Part shown: piece after piece, positions 16,066 to 25,181 of the stretch
Layout: the number at the start of each line of letters is the position of its first letter
How positions within the stretch are numbered: position 1 is the first letter of the stretch
IMG/VR virus record: IMGVR_UViG_2910596823_000004
From: a virus
Taxonomy: Duplodnaviria > Heunggongvirae > Uroviricota > Caudoviricetes
Direction: 5' to 3' (one strand)
DNA length: 27,765 nucleotides
Program-made: the position numbers and the translations under genes
Notes under the pieces: model-generated
Told to the model about the DNA's origin: nothing
The model's database searches: none
The model's input: only the letters and a program-made list of their open reading frames with translations

Positions 16066-16401
16066 TTATCCTTCATAAATTTGTCTGAAGGTCGCAGTGA
16101 GAACCTGATAGCCCTGGTAACGTTTGACTGTATGGCTGTCGCACACCACAACAATCTTTTTGCCACGAGGGTTCGTCCAGTAGAACGACTCAACGGCTGC
16201 GCGTGCCGTCAGAAAGTCATCGACAGCATTGATGACGTCGTAAGAGCGCGTAAATGTCAGGCTCCACTCTTCTTTGATGCGATTGAGACCTTTGGCCTGG
16301 CGCTGTTCGTAATCGTCACCGAAATTCAGAACCGTCACGTTAGGCTTCACGGTCTTTTCCGACTCGTAGTCGGGATACCAGTTAAAAGTCAGTCTTTCCA
16401 T
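16066..16401 (-). CDS. Distal tail protein (lambda M-like)
   Basis: 111 aa; FGDDYEQR..KGLN...W.L.F and FL......F.W..P pattern; directly after the TMP. Confidence 0.92.
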   Translation of the reverse strand: MERLTFNWYPDYESEKTVKPNVTVLNFGDDYEQRQAKGLNRIKEEWSLTFTRSYDVINAVDDFLTARAAVESFYWTNPRGKKIVVVCDSHTVKRYQGYQVLTATFRQIYEG

Positions 16402-16438
16402 CTCACATCCTTGTGAGACTGCCCCTTCCGGGGCAGCC
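16401..16438 (-). promoter_or_regulatory. Tandem hairpins between TMP and M: a GGAA-tetraloop stem and an RBS-containing TCTCAC-AAGGAT-GTGAGA stem
   Basis: CTGCCCC-GGAA-GGGGCAG (16419-16436). The 16401-16418 hairpin places the Shine-Dalgarno in a hexaloop that matches the CsrA consensus ACARGGAUGU. Confidence 0.6.
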
Positions 16439-16442
16439 GTGG

Positions 16443-19400
16443 TTAGTTACGTTGAGAGTTAGGGTTGAGCGAACCGCCTGGTCGCTTCTCCTGAGCGATG
16501 GTTTCAAGCGCGATCGCCTTCATGCGCTGTGCGGCCTGACTCCATGCGCCTTCGGAATTGCTGTTCTCCGTGACACTGCCGTCGCTGTTGACGTTGATCT
16601 CAATGCTGACGGGGGAGAACACGCCACCACCACCGCCTTTAATACCCTCTGCATTGAGCGTGACCGGGATGGAACGACCATCCGGAAGCGGAACGTAGGC
16701 TTCGTTCATGTCTCCCTCGCCAAACAACGCCAGCTGTGGGGAATCCGCGATGCCACCTTTCTGGTACGCCCGCAGCGGAACCACTCCGTCTTTCCCGAAA
16801 ATTCCGCCTTTAGCGAACTTAGGAATTGAAGGAATGCCATTCGTACCATCTGCCGCGGAACCAGTCAGATTGTTAAACCCGGAGCTGCCAGAAGAACCCG
16901 ACATCAGACTATCAAACCCGCCACCAGCCCAGGCTGATACCAGTCCGGAAACCACTGTCGAACCGAAACTCAACCACTTGTTGCCTGATCCGGAAGCATT
17001 TGCCCCCAACATGGCGAACGCAGCGGAGAGTGCGCCAGTAACAGAGCTGAGGTTCTGCATTGAGAAGATGGAGGTCTTCACTGCTTTAGTTTCAGCGTCT
17101 TTGGCCTCGGTACTACTGAACAGCCCCGACACCCAACTCCCAATCGCGTTGGTTGCCGTACCGATAGCGCTGGTCGTTTGCTGAGTCGTCTGACCCAATC
17201 CGGACACAGAACTGGAGGTCTCTTTCGTCGCTTCACCTACTGACTTGTCACCGTTGACCGAATTCATACGGACGCCTTGATTAGCAACCGCTGACGCGAC
17301 ACCAGAAAGCAGATTGCCACTCTGAGAGCTTCCCGCTGCCGTCGTTCCCATCCCCAGCATGTTCATGAGAGGCAGGGTGATCTGCGTCTTCACAACCATG
17401 TTGGTGATGTCGCGGAGAATGGATTCTGCCAGGCTGGAGAAGTCCATTTTCCCCTTCATGACGAAGTCGGTGAGCGTATCGGTAAGACTGCTGAACAGAT
17501 TGCTCCAGCTGTTTTCCAGTTGCTCGGCCAGATTTTCATACTCAAGCGCCAGCTTCTGCGTGGCCGTGCCGGTCTCTTTGATGAGCGCGGTATTGCCAGC
17601 GGCAACAAGCTGATTGATCTGCTTGGTGTACAGCGCCACAATTTTCGGATCAGAAGCCTGGTCACGCAGATCCATCAACGCTTTCAGGTTACGGTTGTAG
17701 GTGTCGTTGAAATCGGCCACCTTCTCTTCACGAGACGGCTTGTAACCCGCGCTAATGATGGAATCAGATTCCGGCGCCCAGGTGGAGATCATCTGCTCGA
17801 CGTTGCGGCGGTTGAACATCTCGCGGTAGTCGTCGCTCGCGTTAGCCAGATCAGCAAGGCGTGACTTGGCTTTGTCGATCATCTCCTGAGTGATGAACTC
17901 ATTCGGTACGGCGTTGGCCAGTTCGGTCAGCGATTTGGTGGTATCGCGGAGAGACTGGTCAAACGACACGGTCGCTTTAGAGCTTTCACCCATCTGCCCC
18001 ATAAGCTGATCGGCTTTATCCAGCGCTTTCTGGTAGCCGGCCGCCAGCTTACGCTGCGCATTTTCTTCCTTCCTCGCGGCACGCTGAGAAGCATTGGCAG
18101 TGCGCTGGCCGGCTTTTTCCGCTGCTGCTGCATCCTGCTCACGCGCTTTGGTTAGTGCGGCGATCGCTGCTGCACGTTCCTCGTCGCTCATTTTCTCCAG
18201 AGAGCTGGCGCTGGAGGCTTTCTGCAGGTTCAGCTGGGTTTTGAGCTGCTTCGGCCCAATGATCGGCTTACCTTCGAAGTCCAGCATCGCCGTACCGTCT
18301 GGCAACGTGCGCTGATAGGTTGCGGAGTCCATTTGGTTGCGCATGTACTGCGCCAAAGCTTTCTGGGCCGCCTTGTCACTCGTACCAAGCCCCAAAACGG
18401 TTCCCTGGTTGGACATGACGCCCTTACCAGTTTTGGCAGCGTTATCACGCTCAAACTCGGCCTGAGTCAACTCCTGAGCGACAGCTTCCAGATGCTCCTG
18501 ATAGCCCCGAATACTGCCTTGTAGCTTCTGAATCTGCTCGGTATTGCCCTCTTTCTTCGCTTTTTCGAGCAGATCGTTGTAGTGGGCAATCTGCTTCTCG
18601 GTCGCGTTTTTACGGGAGGACAGGGAATCGACCAGTTTTTGCGCCGGTTCCAGGTATGACTTGTTCACCGTTTCACGGAGCGGTGCGAGAAGTTTGTTCT
18701 TCTCATCGTCGGACAGTGATTTGTCGTCATTGATTTTCTGGATCTTGTCCAGAGCCTCCTGACGTGCTTTCACAAATGTCGCAGAGAAGACCTGATTGTC
18801 GGCCCGGATTTTCTCAATCTGGGATTCTGCTGCCTCTTTAGCCAGACGTTTGGCTACAGCCCCGTCACCCAGCGCAATGGTGCCGGTAATCTTCTGGTAC
18901 TCTTCCTGATTCTTCTTCAGGCGAGCCTCGATATCGGCTTTTGACTCTTTGTGAGTGACAGCGCCAACAGAGTTGGACACATAGCTCACGCTTTCGCCTG
19001 TTTTGAGCGCTCGCTGGTCTGCGATGATCTCTTTTTCGAGCTTTTCCGCACGCTCTGCCATCTGCGCACGTTTGGCCGCCGTCATCGCTTCCGGGATTTT
19101 GCGGATCTCGTCAACGACTTTTGACGTTTCGCTGCGGAGCATGGTCATATACGTGATCAGCCCAGCCACAGCCACGGTAGCGACGGTGAACGCTGCACCA
19201 ATGGGGTTTGCTGCGATGAACGCAGTTAGCCCAGCGAATGCCCCCTGTAGCCCCGTAATCGCGCCACGGATAGCGAAGATCAGCGATGGGATTGGAGCCA
19301 GCCCCATACGAGCCGCACGATTAAAGCGGGTGACAGCTGTCGCGCCCAGATTGAACGGCGCCTGGATGACAGTCGACATCGTCGCAAACGTGTTAACAAT

Positions 19401-21023
19401 CTGCCCGGCAGTGCCAATCACGCCCATGATACCCGCACGCATCAGTTTGAACGCCACCATAGCGGCCACTACTTTGCCCAGGTTGACAATCAACTCCTGG
19501 TTTTTCGCCAGCCACTGCGCCAGCTCACGTAAGCTGTCGATTGCGGTGGTAAGTCCGGAACCTAATGAGTTAGCGAACGAAATGCCTTCAGCGCTGTTCA
19601 TAATGGAGGCCAGCTCTTTCATTCCCTTTGAGAAAGAATCCAGATAGCCCGCCTGACCGACGCGATCGGCAAACAGCGTAAATGAGGTTTGCAGTTGCGC
19701 CAGCGCACCGGTGTAGGTCTGCATCATGTCTTTGGCGGCGTTTTCGTTCTCTGCACGCAGACCAACGAACATCAGCGATAGCGCCTGCTTCGCTTCCACA
19801 GTGCCGGTGGAGACTGCTTTGGTCAGTTCCCCCATAGTGATACCGGCAGCGTCTGCCATCGCCTTCATCGCGTTAGGAACGGCTTCACCTAATTGCTGAC
19901 GCAGTTCTTCCATCGACACGACGCCCTTACCGGACATCTGCTGAACAGCCACGGCAGCACGTTTAAGCAGCTCGCTATCGCCGCCGAAGCGTGCAACGGA
20001 GTCCACCAGTGCTTTCAGCGATCCGTCAGTAGGATCGAGACCTGCCGAGCGGAATTTAACGAAGGAATCGGTCAGCGCCTGCATCGCAAACGGGGCGTTT
20101 TGCGCCATATCCACGATGTACTGCATATCCTCTGCGGCTGCTTTGCCAGGGTTGGCCTTGTCCTTGTTCAGCCCGCGCAACATGACGCGCATACGCTCCA
20201 TTTCGGAGGCAGCTTCGACGATTGGCTTCTGCCAGCCGAACAGGATGTCAGTTACCGTTCTTGCCGCATCACCAATCTCGCCCAGCAGGAAAATATTGCC
20301 TCGCAGACCAGAGAACACGCCATTTTCAGCACCGCGCCCGCCGTGGCCATAGGAACCGCTGTGTCGACCGCCACCGCCATTACCACCGCCCTCACCGTAG
20401 CCGCTGGTGCGCACACGCACCGGCTTGCTGATCAGCTGCTGGCGGCCAATCACCGCATCCATCTGATCGCGGACTTTCTTCAGCCCCTCGGCAGCCTGGC
20501 TCGTTGTGACGCCCCAATTGCTGAGACGCTTCGTCGTGGTGTTAAGGCGCGTATTCATGCCACTCACGGATGCAGAGGCTTCTTTTACCTCCGTACCGAA
20601 GCGGCTGGCGCTCTTACCAGCGAACGTTGCCCAATCGGAAAACTCATTGAGTTCAGACTGAACCTTGCGCAGCGATGTGGTGAGTTTATTAACGGATGAG
20701 GTGGTTGTGTCGACGCGCTCAATCAGAGTTTTGAGACCTGAGTTGAGGCTGGTAATGTTGCCTCGCGTCTTGCGCGAAACATCAGACACAAGCTCGAAGC
20801 CGGCAGCTACATCCTGTAGTTTGTCTGCCGTGGCATCGAGCTTGGACTCCAGAACGCCGATGATGCGGGAGACCGAACCCAACGAGCGTTCCAGATTGTT
20901 AATTTTCTGAGCGGGCTTTGTGGCCTGCTCCCCGAATCTGGTAAGTAGCTTACCCGCCCGGTCGATTGACGCTGTAAACTGCTTGTCTTCCAGCGACAGG
21001 ATAAACTCTACGTTTTGTGACAT
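16443..21023 (-). CDS. Tape measure protein
   Basis: Start reassigned to MSQNVEF (AAGGGA RBS); 1526 aa helical protein with a tape-measure domain (AQNAPF...GGDSELL.RA..AVQQMSGKG.VS.EEL..QL.E) and a lambda H-like C-terminus (FAKGG...GEGDMNEAYVPL). Confidence 0.95.
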   Translation of the reverse strand: MSQNVEFILSLEDKQFTASIDRAGKLLTRFGEQATKPAQKINNLERSLGSVSRIIGVLESKLDATADKLQDVAAGFELVSDVSRKTRGNITSLNSGLKTLIERVDTTTSSVNKLTTSLRKVQSELNEFSDWATFAGKSASRFGTEVKEASASVSGMNTRLNTTTKRLSNWGVTTSQAAEGLKKVRDQMDAVIGRQQLISKPVRVRTSGYGEGGGNGGGGRHSGSYGHGGRGAENGVFSGLRGNIFLLGEIGDAARTVTDILFGWQKPIVEAASEMERMRVMLRGLNKDKANPGKAAAEDMQYIVDMAQNAPFAMQALTDSFVKFRSAGLDPTDGSLKALVDSVARFGGDSELLKRAAVAVQQMSGKGVVSMEELRQQLGEAVPNAMKAMADAAGITMGELTKAVSTGTVEAKQALSLMFVGLRAENENAAKDMMQTYTGALAQLQTSFTLFADRVGQAGYLDSFSKGMKELASIMNSAEGISFANSLGSGLTTAIDSLRELAQWLAKNQELIVNLGKVVAAMVAFKLMRAGIMGVIGTAGQIVNTFATMSTVIQAPFNLGATAVTRFNRAARMGLAPIPSLIFAIRGAITGLQGAFAGLTAFIAANPIGAAFTVATVAVAGLITYMTMLRSETSKVVDEIRKIPEAMTAAKRAQMAERAEKLEKEIIADQRALKTGESVSYVSNSVGAVTHKESKADIEARLKKNQEEYQKITGTIALGDGAVAKRLAKEAAESQIEKIRADNQVFSATFVKARQEALDKIQKINDDKSLSDDEKNKLLAPLRETVNKSYLEPAQKLVDSLSSRKNATEKQIAHYNDLLEKAKKEGNTEQIQKLQGSIRGYQEHLEAVAQELTQAEFERDNAAKTGKGVMSNQGTVLGLGTSDKAAQKALAQYMRNQMDSATYQRTLPDGTAMLDFEGKPIIGPKQLKTQLNLQKASSASSLEKMSDEERAAAIAALTKAREQDAAAAEKAGQRTANASQRAARKEENAQRKLAAGYQKALDKADQLMGQMGESSKATVSFDQSLRDTTKSLTELANAVPNEFITQEMIDKAKSRLADLANASDDYREMFNRRNVEQMISTWAPESDSIISAGYKPSREEKVADFNDTYNRNLKALMDLRDQASDPKIVALYTKQINQLVAAGNTALIKETGTATQKLALEYENLAEQLENSWSNLFSSLTDTLTDFVMKGKMDFSSLAESILRDITNMVVKTQITLPLMNMLGMGTTAAGSSQSGNLLSGVASAVANQGVRMNSVNGDKSVGEATKETSSSVSGLGQTTQQTTSAIGTATNAIGSWVSGLFSSTEAKDAETKAVKTSIFSMQNLSSVTGALSAAFAMLGANASGSGNKWLSFGSTVVSGLVSAWAGGGFDSLMSGSSGSSGFNNLTGSAADGTNGIPSIPKFAKGGIFGKDGVVPLRAYQKGGIADSPQLALFGEGDMNEAYVPLPDGRSIPVTLNAEGIKGGGGGVFSPVSIEINVNSDGSVTENSNSEGAWSQAAQRMKAIALETIAQEKRPGGSLNPNSQRN

Positions 21024-21030
21024 TCCCTTG

Positions 21031-21390
21031 TCATCCTCTGCCAAAAATTTGCATCAGTTGCTCTTTGGCGTCAGGGTCTGCCTTATCCTTGCGCGGATCG
21101 TAGACTTTATCGGTTACGACTGGTCTTCCAATCCTGAGTTGCAAACCCTCCATGAACGCCTTCACGCCCTCGCCATCTGCCTGGGCAGCGCGAGCGACTT
21201 GCAGGTTGCGGACATCCTCTTCCGCGCGCAGGCGGTCGATGTTGCGACTGAGCATCCAGAACATCGTTAGAGGGACGCCCAGCAGCTCTAATGGCGACAC
21301 GGCGTAGTGAGCAACTACACGACTGAAATAGAATCCGAGATCTATCGATACGGTCTTTACCCCGGATTCATCGCGGGAAATTACTTTGCC
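21031..21390 (-). CDS. T frame of the tail assembly chaperone GT (about 222-aa fusion made by -1 frameshift)
   Basis: The -1 frame is open from 21390 (GKVISRDESG...HYAVSPLELL...) to 21031, with a TGA just upstream in that frame; classic position between G and the TMP. Confidence 0.85.
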   Translation of the reverse strand, partial: GKVISRDESGVKTVSIDLGFYFSRVVAHYAVSPLELLGVPLTMFWMLSRNIDRLRAEEDVRNLQVARAAQADGEGVKAFMEGLQLRIGRPVVTDKVYDPRKDKADPDAKEQLMQIFGRG

Positions 21391-21698
21391 CCTTCACCAG
21401 CCGCTTTTTCGTTCTCTTCATCAATCACTTCCATAGCGAAGGTGAAGATCTGCTGGAGCTGCGGAACAGTCAGTTTTTCCAGTACAGCGTCCGGCACGGA
21501 TGGGATGACCTTGCGAACCAGGTCGGCGTAAGCAGTAACCTGCTCAACAGGCGACATGTTCTGAAGGTCTTTGCCTTCCATCTGCTTGATGGAGACGAAC
21601 AGGCCAACAGTCATTTCAACGATGGGATATTCCTGACCGCCGAACTTGATGCTTTTCTTCGGAGGCAGAATGGAGTCGAGATCGAGTAATTTGGTCAT
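21381..21698 (-). CDS. Tail assembly chaperone G
   Basis: 105-aa acidic protein between the tail tube and TMP genes, ending GAA GGG GCA AAG TAA. Confidence 0.88.
   Translation of the reverse strand: MTKLLDLDSILPPKKSIKFGGQEYPIVEMTVGLFVSIKQMEGKDLQNMSPVEQVTAYADLVRKVIPSVPDAVLEKLTVPQLQQIFTFAMEVIDEENEKAAGEGAK
21384..21390 (-). other. Programmed -1 ribosomal frameshift site G GCA AAG
   Basis: Only three codons (GGG GCA AAG) lie between the upstream -1-frame TGA and the 0-frame TAA. Confidence 0.7.
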
Positions 21699-21714
21699 TG
21701 GTTAAAGTCCTTTT

Positions 21715-21740
21715 AAAAGAGAGGCTCTTCCTGAGCCTCT
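21715..21740 (-). terminator. Intrinsic terminator after the tail tube gene, loop AGGAA
   Basis: AGAGGCTC-AGGAA-GAGCCTCT followed by CTTTT. Confidence 0.75.
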
Positions 21741-21757
21741 GCTTAGTTACATCGCGA

Positions 21758-22504
21758 TTATTGGGCAGAATTAACCGTTACTGCTTTGGTCGCTTTCTTG
21801 CCGCCGCTATTGCTGGTGAAGGAGATATTTGCCGAACCTTCAGCTACTCCGCGAACCAGACCAGTCTGGTCAACGGTTGCCTTCTCCTGATTGTCGGATT
21901 CCCACACACCAGTTTTGTCGCCGGCATCTTCTGGGGTGATCTGGGCAGTCAGCTGCACGGTCTCACCAGCTTTAACTTCCGGAGATTCCGGAGAGATAGA
22001 GACGGTTTTAACCGGCTTTGGGCCACTCATTTTCCCCAGCACGCCGCTATCATCCGGGTAAGCGGTGAATTGAACGGAGAACACGCGAACATCATCAGAC
22101 TGGTAAGTCATGGTGAAGTTACCTGCGGTCGCCGCTTTCGGGATGGTCAGAACGTAGTCGGTGGTATCCTGCGGGGTCAGAACCAGCTCTTTGGCTACGT
22201 CGATCAGGTTGACGCCCTGTGCGGAGGTGATGGTTACAGCGTTATCTTCTTCGCTCAGGGTAGAACCCGGCATCAGATCGACCATATTCTTCAACACAGA
22301 CTCGGCCAGCGGCGCAGTGATAGTGATGTTACGACCCTGCACCAGCTCGGAGATGGTGGTCTGCCCCAGCTGGTCTACGGTGACTTTCAGAGTTTCGGTC
22401 GCAACCTCAACCTGAACACCGCCTTTGGTGTAACCCAGATCAACGCCACCAAACGACACTTTGCAGGCGCCAAGTTTGATGTTTTTTACATGGGTATTGG
22501 ACAT
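21758..22504 (-). CDS. Major tail tube protein with a C-terminal Ig-like (Big_2) domain
   Basis: LGYTKGGV tube motif; C-terminal VKTVSISP...GETVQLTA.ITP...W.SDN...ATVD..GLV.GVAEG.A.I Big_2 pattern. Confidence 0.92.
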   Translation of the reverse strand: MSNTHVKNIKLGACKVSFGGVDLGYTKGGVQVEVATETLKVTVDQLGQTTISELVQGRNITITAPLAESVLKNMVDLMPGSTLSEEDNAVTITSAQGVNLIDVAKELVLTPQDTTDYVLTIPKAATAGNFTMTYQSDDVRVFSVQFTAYPDDSGVLGKMSGPKPVKTVSISPESPEVKAGETVQLTAQITPEDAGDKTGVWESDNQEKATVDQTGLVRGVAEGSANISFTSNSGGKKATKAVTVNSAQ

Positions 22505-22555
22505 TGTTGGAAAACTCCTTTTTCCGTTAAATCAGCACCTTCATGGCGCCAATGG

Positions 22556-22573
22556 TAAGTATATACTTACTTA
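22556..22573. promoter_or_regulatory. 18-bp palindromic box, copy D (TAAGTATATACTTACTTA)
   Basis: 2 mismatches to consensus; upstream of the tail tube gene. Confidence 0.72.
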
Positions 22574-22578
22574 TTTTA

Positions 22579-22962
22579 TTAATTCAACAAATAGCCCGCA
22601 AATTCAATCGGGATACCCGCTTCAATTAATGAGCCTTCGTTTTTGGGATAAGTGATCGGCATAGACATTGGCCGAACCAACCGGAAGTAAACGCCCTCTG
22701 ACACGGTTTCTTCGACCGGGAACATATCCATGATCTTATTGGCTTTCGCCACCGCCTTTGTGATCGTCGCATTACGCACGATGACGGTAAAAGAGTCGTG
22801 ATAAAAGCCTTTCAACTCATGGTCAATAGCGATCCCCGTATTGGGATTAACCAACAGAACACCGGACTTCACATTGGCTGGCATGTAGTGACAGAAAATG
22901 TCAGCGCCGACTGTACCGATCTTCGCCTTCTGCATCAGGCTCGCAAATGCTTCAATAAACAC
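22579..22962 (-). CDS. Tail terminator / tail completion protein
   Basis: 127 aa, GTG start, canonical position immediately upstream of the tail tube gene. Confidence 0.7.
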   Translation of the reverse strand: MFIEAFASLMQKAKIGTVGADIFCHYMPANVKSGVLLVNPNTGIAIDHELKGFYHDSFTVIVRNATITKAVAKANKIMDMFPVEETVSEGVYFRLVRPMSMPITYPKNEGSLIEAGIPIEFAGYLLN

Positions 22963-22963
22963 A

Positions 22964-23437
22964 TCAACCTCTCGTAAAACCTGCTTTCCTTGCCGCTTCT
23001 GCTATCGTCTGAGTGAACTGTTTTTCACTGATCTGTACGGCTCTCTCAAGGAACAAAGGCCCAACTCGTGGCTTCACACCAGCGACTGGCGGGTTGGTGA
23101 CGCTCTTCATGCGAGAGAGATAGCCGAGACGATACTTGCCCAACTCCATGTACTCCGCATAATCGCCAACCTCAACGCCCGGATGCCCTTCGCGTGGTTT
23201 GGCTCCAGATACCGATAACTCAATACGAAGCCCGGTATAACCTTCTTTGACCACTCTCGCGAAGATCGCGCTTTCGAGTGAGCCAGTCTCCAGCGGGGCC
23301 ATTGCCCGCGCAAGACGCTCAACCAGACGCGCCAGCTTCTCCATGTCACGGATGAGATAACGCTTAAAGGCTTTCTGGCTGTTATTGAGCCTGTCGCCAG
23401 CACGCTTAAACTGATGCGCGTCGTACTTCAGACCCAT
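22964..23437 (-). CDS. HK97 gp10-like neck/tail completion protein
   Basis: AP.ETG.LESAI and YAEYMELG motifs, ending in PLFLERA. Confidence 0.8.
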   Translation of the reverse strand: MGLKYDAHQFKRAGDRLNNSQKAFKRYLIRDMEKLARLVERLARAMAPLETGSLESAIFARVVKEGYTGLRIELSVSGAKPREGHPGVEVGDYAEYMELGKYRLGYLSRMKSVTNPPVAGVKPRVGPLFLERAVQISEKQFTQTIAEAARKAGFTRG

Positions 23438-23772
23438 ATGTTTGCCCCTACTTCCAGATGCCCAGGGCGCCCACGCAGTCCCCAGCGACGATGCACGCTG
23501 GATACCTTCAGCTTTTGCCCCTCCAGAATGAGAACGTCATCAAGCTGTACTGCGGCCTCAAGTGGGATCACCAGAACAGCATCGAACAATTCCAGATCCG
23601 CTTTACCGCGACTGCCGGAGCTGTCCGCACGTACCGATGATTTCTCGTTACTTTGCTCAAACTTAACGACGCCGACGTTCGTCTTCCTGACGAACTGCAA
23701 TTGCGCTTCACCGTAGACGTTCTTCGAACCCAGACGGTAAATCGCTATCTCTGCTTGCCATGAAATGTTCAT
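23428..23772 (-). CDS. Head closure (stopper) protein
   Basis: Start reassigned to MNISW (AGGGAG RBS); NVYGE motif near the N-terminus and a beta-rich DDVLIL...KV.SV pattern; neck position. Confidence 0.7.
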   Translation of the reverse strand: MNISWQAEIAIYRLGSKNVYGEAQLQFVRKTNVGVVKFEQSNEKSSVRADSSGSRGKADLELFDAVLVIPLEAAVQLDDVLILEGQKLKVSSVHRRWGLRGRPGHLEVGANIWV

Positions 23773-23869
23773 GCACTCTCCCTGTGGTTGGCCGCCGCAC
23801 TCATTACCAGGCGAAGGCGCGATTGCTCGTCTTGAGCCTTTCGACCAGAAGTAAATAATGCGACTGGCG

Positions 23870-24703
23870 TTACGCACGGCGAACAATCATGCGGTTATTG
23901 ATGTAACTGACCAGCAGTCGCCAGGTACTGCGAGCCACATGCACATTTGCCGCTTTGCCGGTGCGGTACATATTAGTCGTTTCACCAATGGACTCAGACA
24001 GAATGCCGTCCTCGCGGGCTGCCGCTACGTCATTACCGTTAGCGATTTCGCAGGCTTCATTAACCACGGCCAGCATTAATGCCTGTTTGAAGTAGTCCGG
24101 GAACTCGTCGAATTTCTCCGGCGTTATCTGCTCCCAATCAATCAGATCGTGACGATATGCCCCGTCAGCGCCCCACGGAATGTCATAGACGTTCAGCATG
24201 TTTTGCGGGCGGTCGTAACGGTCGAAGTCGATACGCAGGACTTTGCGGATTGAGAACGGCAGCGTTTTGACGCGTCTGGTGGCCTCAATGAGACGTTTGC
24301 GCATCAGCCCTTCTCCATCAGCTAACAGGGTGTCGCCGTTCAGCATATCGATAGCTTGCATCTGGGCGTCTGCGACCGTTGCGAATGACTGGCCTGGAAT
24401 TGACAGCTCGAAGCTATTCAGCAGAACGTACATCTTGCGCTCTTCATGCGTCAGCCCGGATGCCACCGCTTTGACAATGACGTGTCGCAGATCGCGCTCT
24501 TTATCTGAAAGCAGGTTGTGTTCGGCCGACACGACAACCGGAATGGACATCTGCCCCTCAGTAATGTCGAGAGGTTCGTTATCAACGATGATCGCACCAG
24601 CGCCATCTCTGACGGTGTATGTGGCCGACGCAATATCCAGAACGTTAAATGCAAACGACAGGGAAACAGCTTCCCCGCTACGGTACGTGTCGATCTGCGC
24701 CAT
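23870..24703 (-). CDS. Head-tail adaptor/connector with an extra N-terminal domain
   Basis: 277 aa, TGATG-coupled. The C-terminal half has SFATVADA...LIEATRRV...P...K.A...A......ILSESIG adaptor-like motifs. Confidence 0.65.
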   Translation of the reverse strand: MAQIDTYRSGEAVSLSFAFNVLDIASATYTVRDGAGAIIVDNEPLDITEGQMSIPVVVSAEHNLLSDKERDLRHVIVKAVASGLTHEERKMYVLLNSFELSIPGQSFATVADAQMQAIDMLNGDTLLADGEGLMRKRLIEATRRVKTLPFSIRKVLRIDFDRYDRPQNMLNVYDIPWGADGAYRHDLIDWEQITPEKFDEFPDYFKQALMLAVVNEACEIANGNDVAAAREDGILSESIGETTNMYRTGKAANVHVARSTWRLLVSYINNRMIVRRA

Positions 24704-25137
24704 CACTCACCGCCCTGTGCTTTCAGGATGCCTTCGATCATTTCAACGATGCCTTTGGCTTTAACGCCAATCTGGTTGCCAATCTGACGCAGACCCGCAA
24801 TACCCTCACAGTCCGCAATCGACTCCAGCTCTTCACGAGTAAAGCGCTGTACCGGTTTGGCTTCGACTTCAGCCGTACCACGTTTCATTGGCACAATATC
24901 CGGGGCCGCCGTCTCGACAATGTCGTCCGCAGTCAAATCATTGCGGCTGCTGTACGCGGCAGAAGGAGATACATTTTTGCCTTCAACTGTAGTGGCACGC
25001 ATGGAGGCGCAAATTCGCTGCTGGTCGATGAATGGCAATTCGGCAACCGAGACTCCATCCACAAACTGAATGCCACAGAGGATGCCCGTATAACCCAAAA
25101 ACTGAGGCTCCAATAATTGAATTTTTGCTGGTTTCAT
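24703..25137 (-). CDS. Conserved hypothetical virion-associated protein
   Basis: About 144 aa (ATG of MKPAK); co-oriented and coupled within the head-neck cluster. Confidence 0.65.
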   Translation of the reverse strand: MKPAKIQLLEPQFLGYTGILCGIQFVDGVSVAELPFIDQQRICASMRATTVEGKNVSPSAAYSSRNDLTADDIVETAAPDIVPMKRGTAEVEAKPVQRFTREELESIADCEGIAGLRQIGNQIGVKAKGIVEMIEGILKAQGGE

Positions 25138-25152
25138 GGTTATTCTCACTTA

Positions 25153-25174
25153 ATGGGCGATCGATATCGCCCAT
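25153..25174. other. Perfect 9-bp inverted repeat without a U-tract
   Basis: ATGGGCGAT-CGAT-ATCGCCCAT; possible mRNA-stabilising or processing hairpin. Confidence 0.5.
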
Positions 25175-25181
25175 GTGTTAG

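Noticed and set aside
16419-16436. GGAA-loop hairpin as a terminator or CsrA site
   Set aside because: No U-tract follows, and GGAA is an ordinary GNRA tetraloop with no preceding A.
19003-20699. Long plus-strand ORFs (214 aa, 268 aa) opposite the TMP, and similar ones opposite J, K, L, the tail tube and the scaffold
   Set aside because: Antisense shadows of biased-codon genes; no RBS, no motifs, fully overlapped by confidently assigned minus-strand genes.
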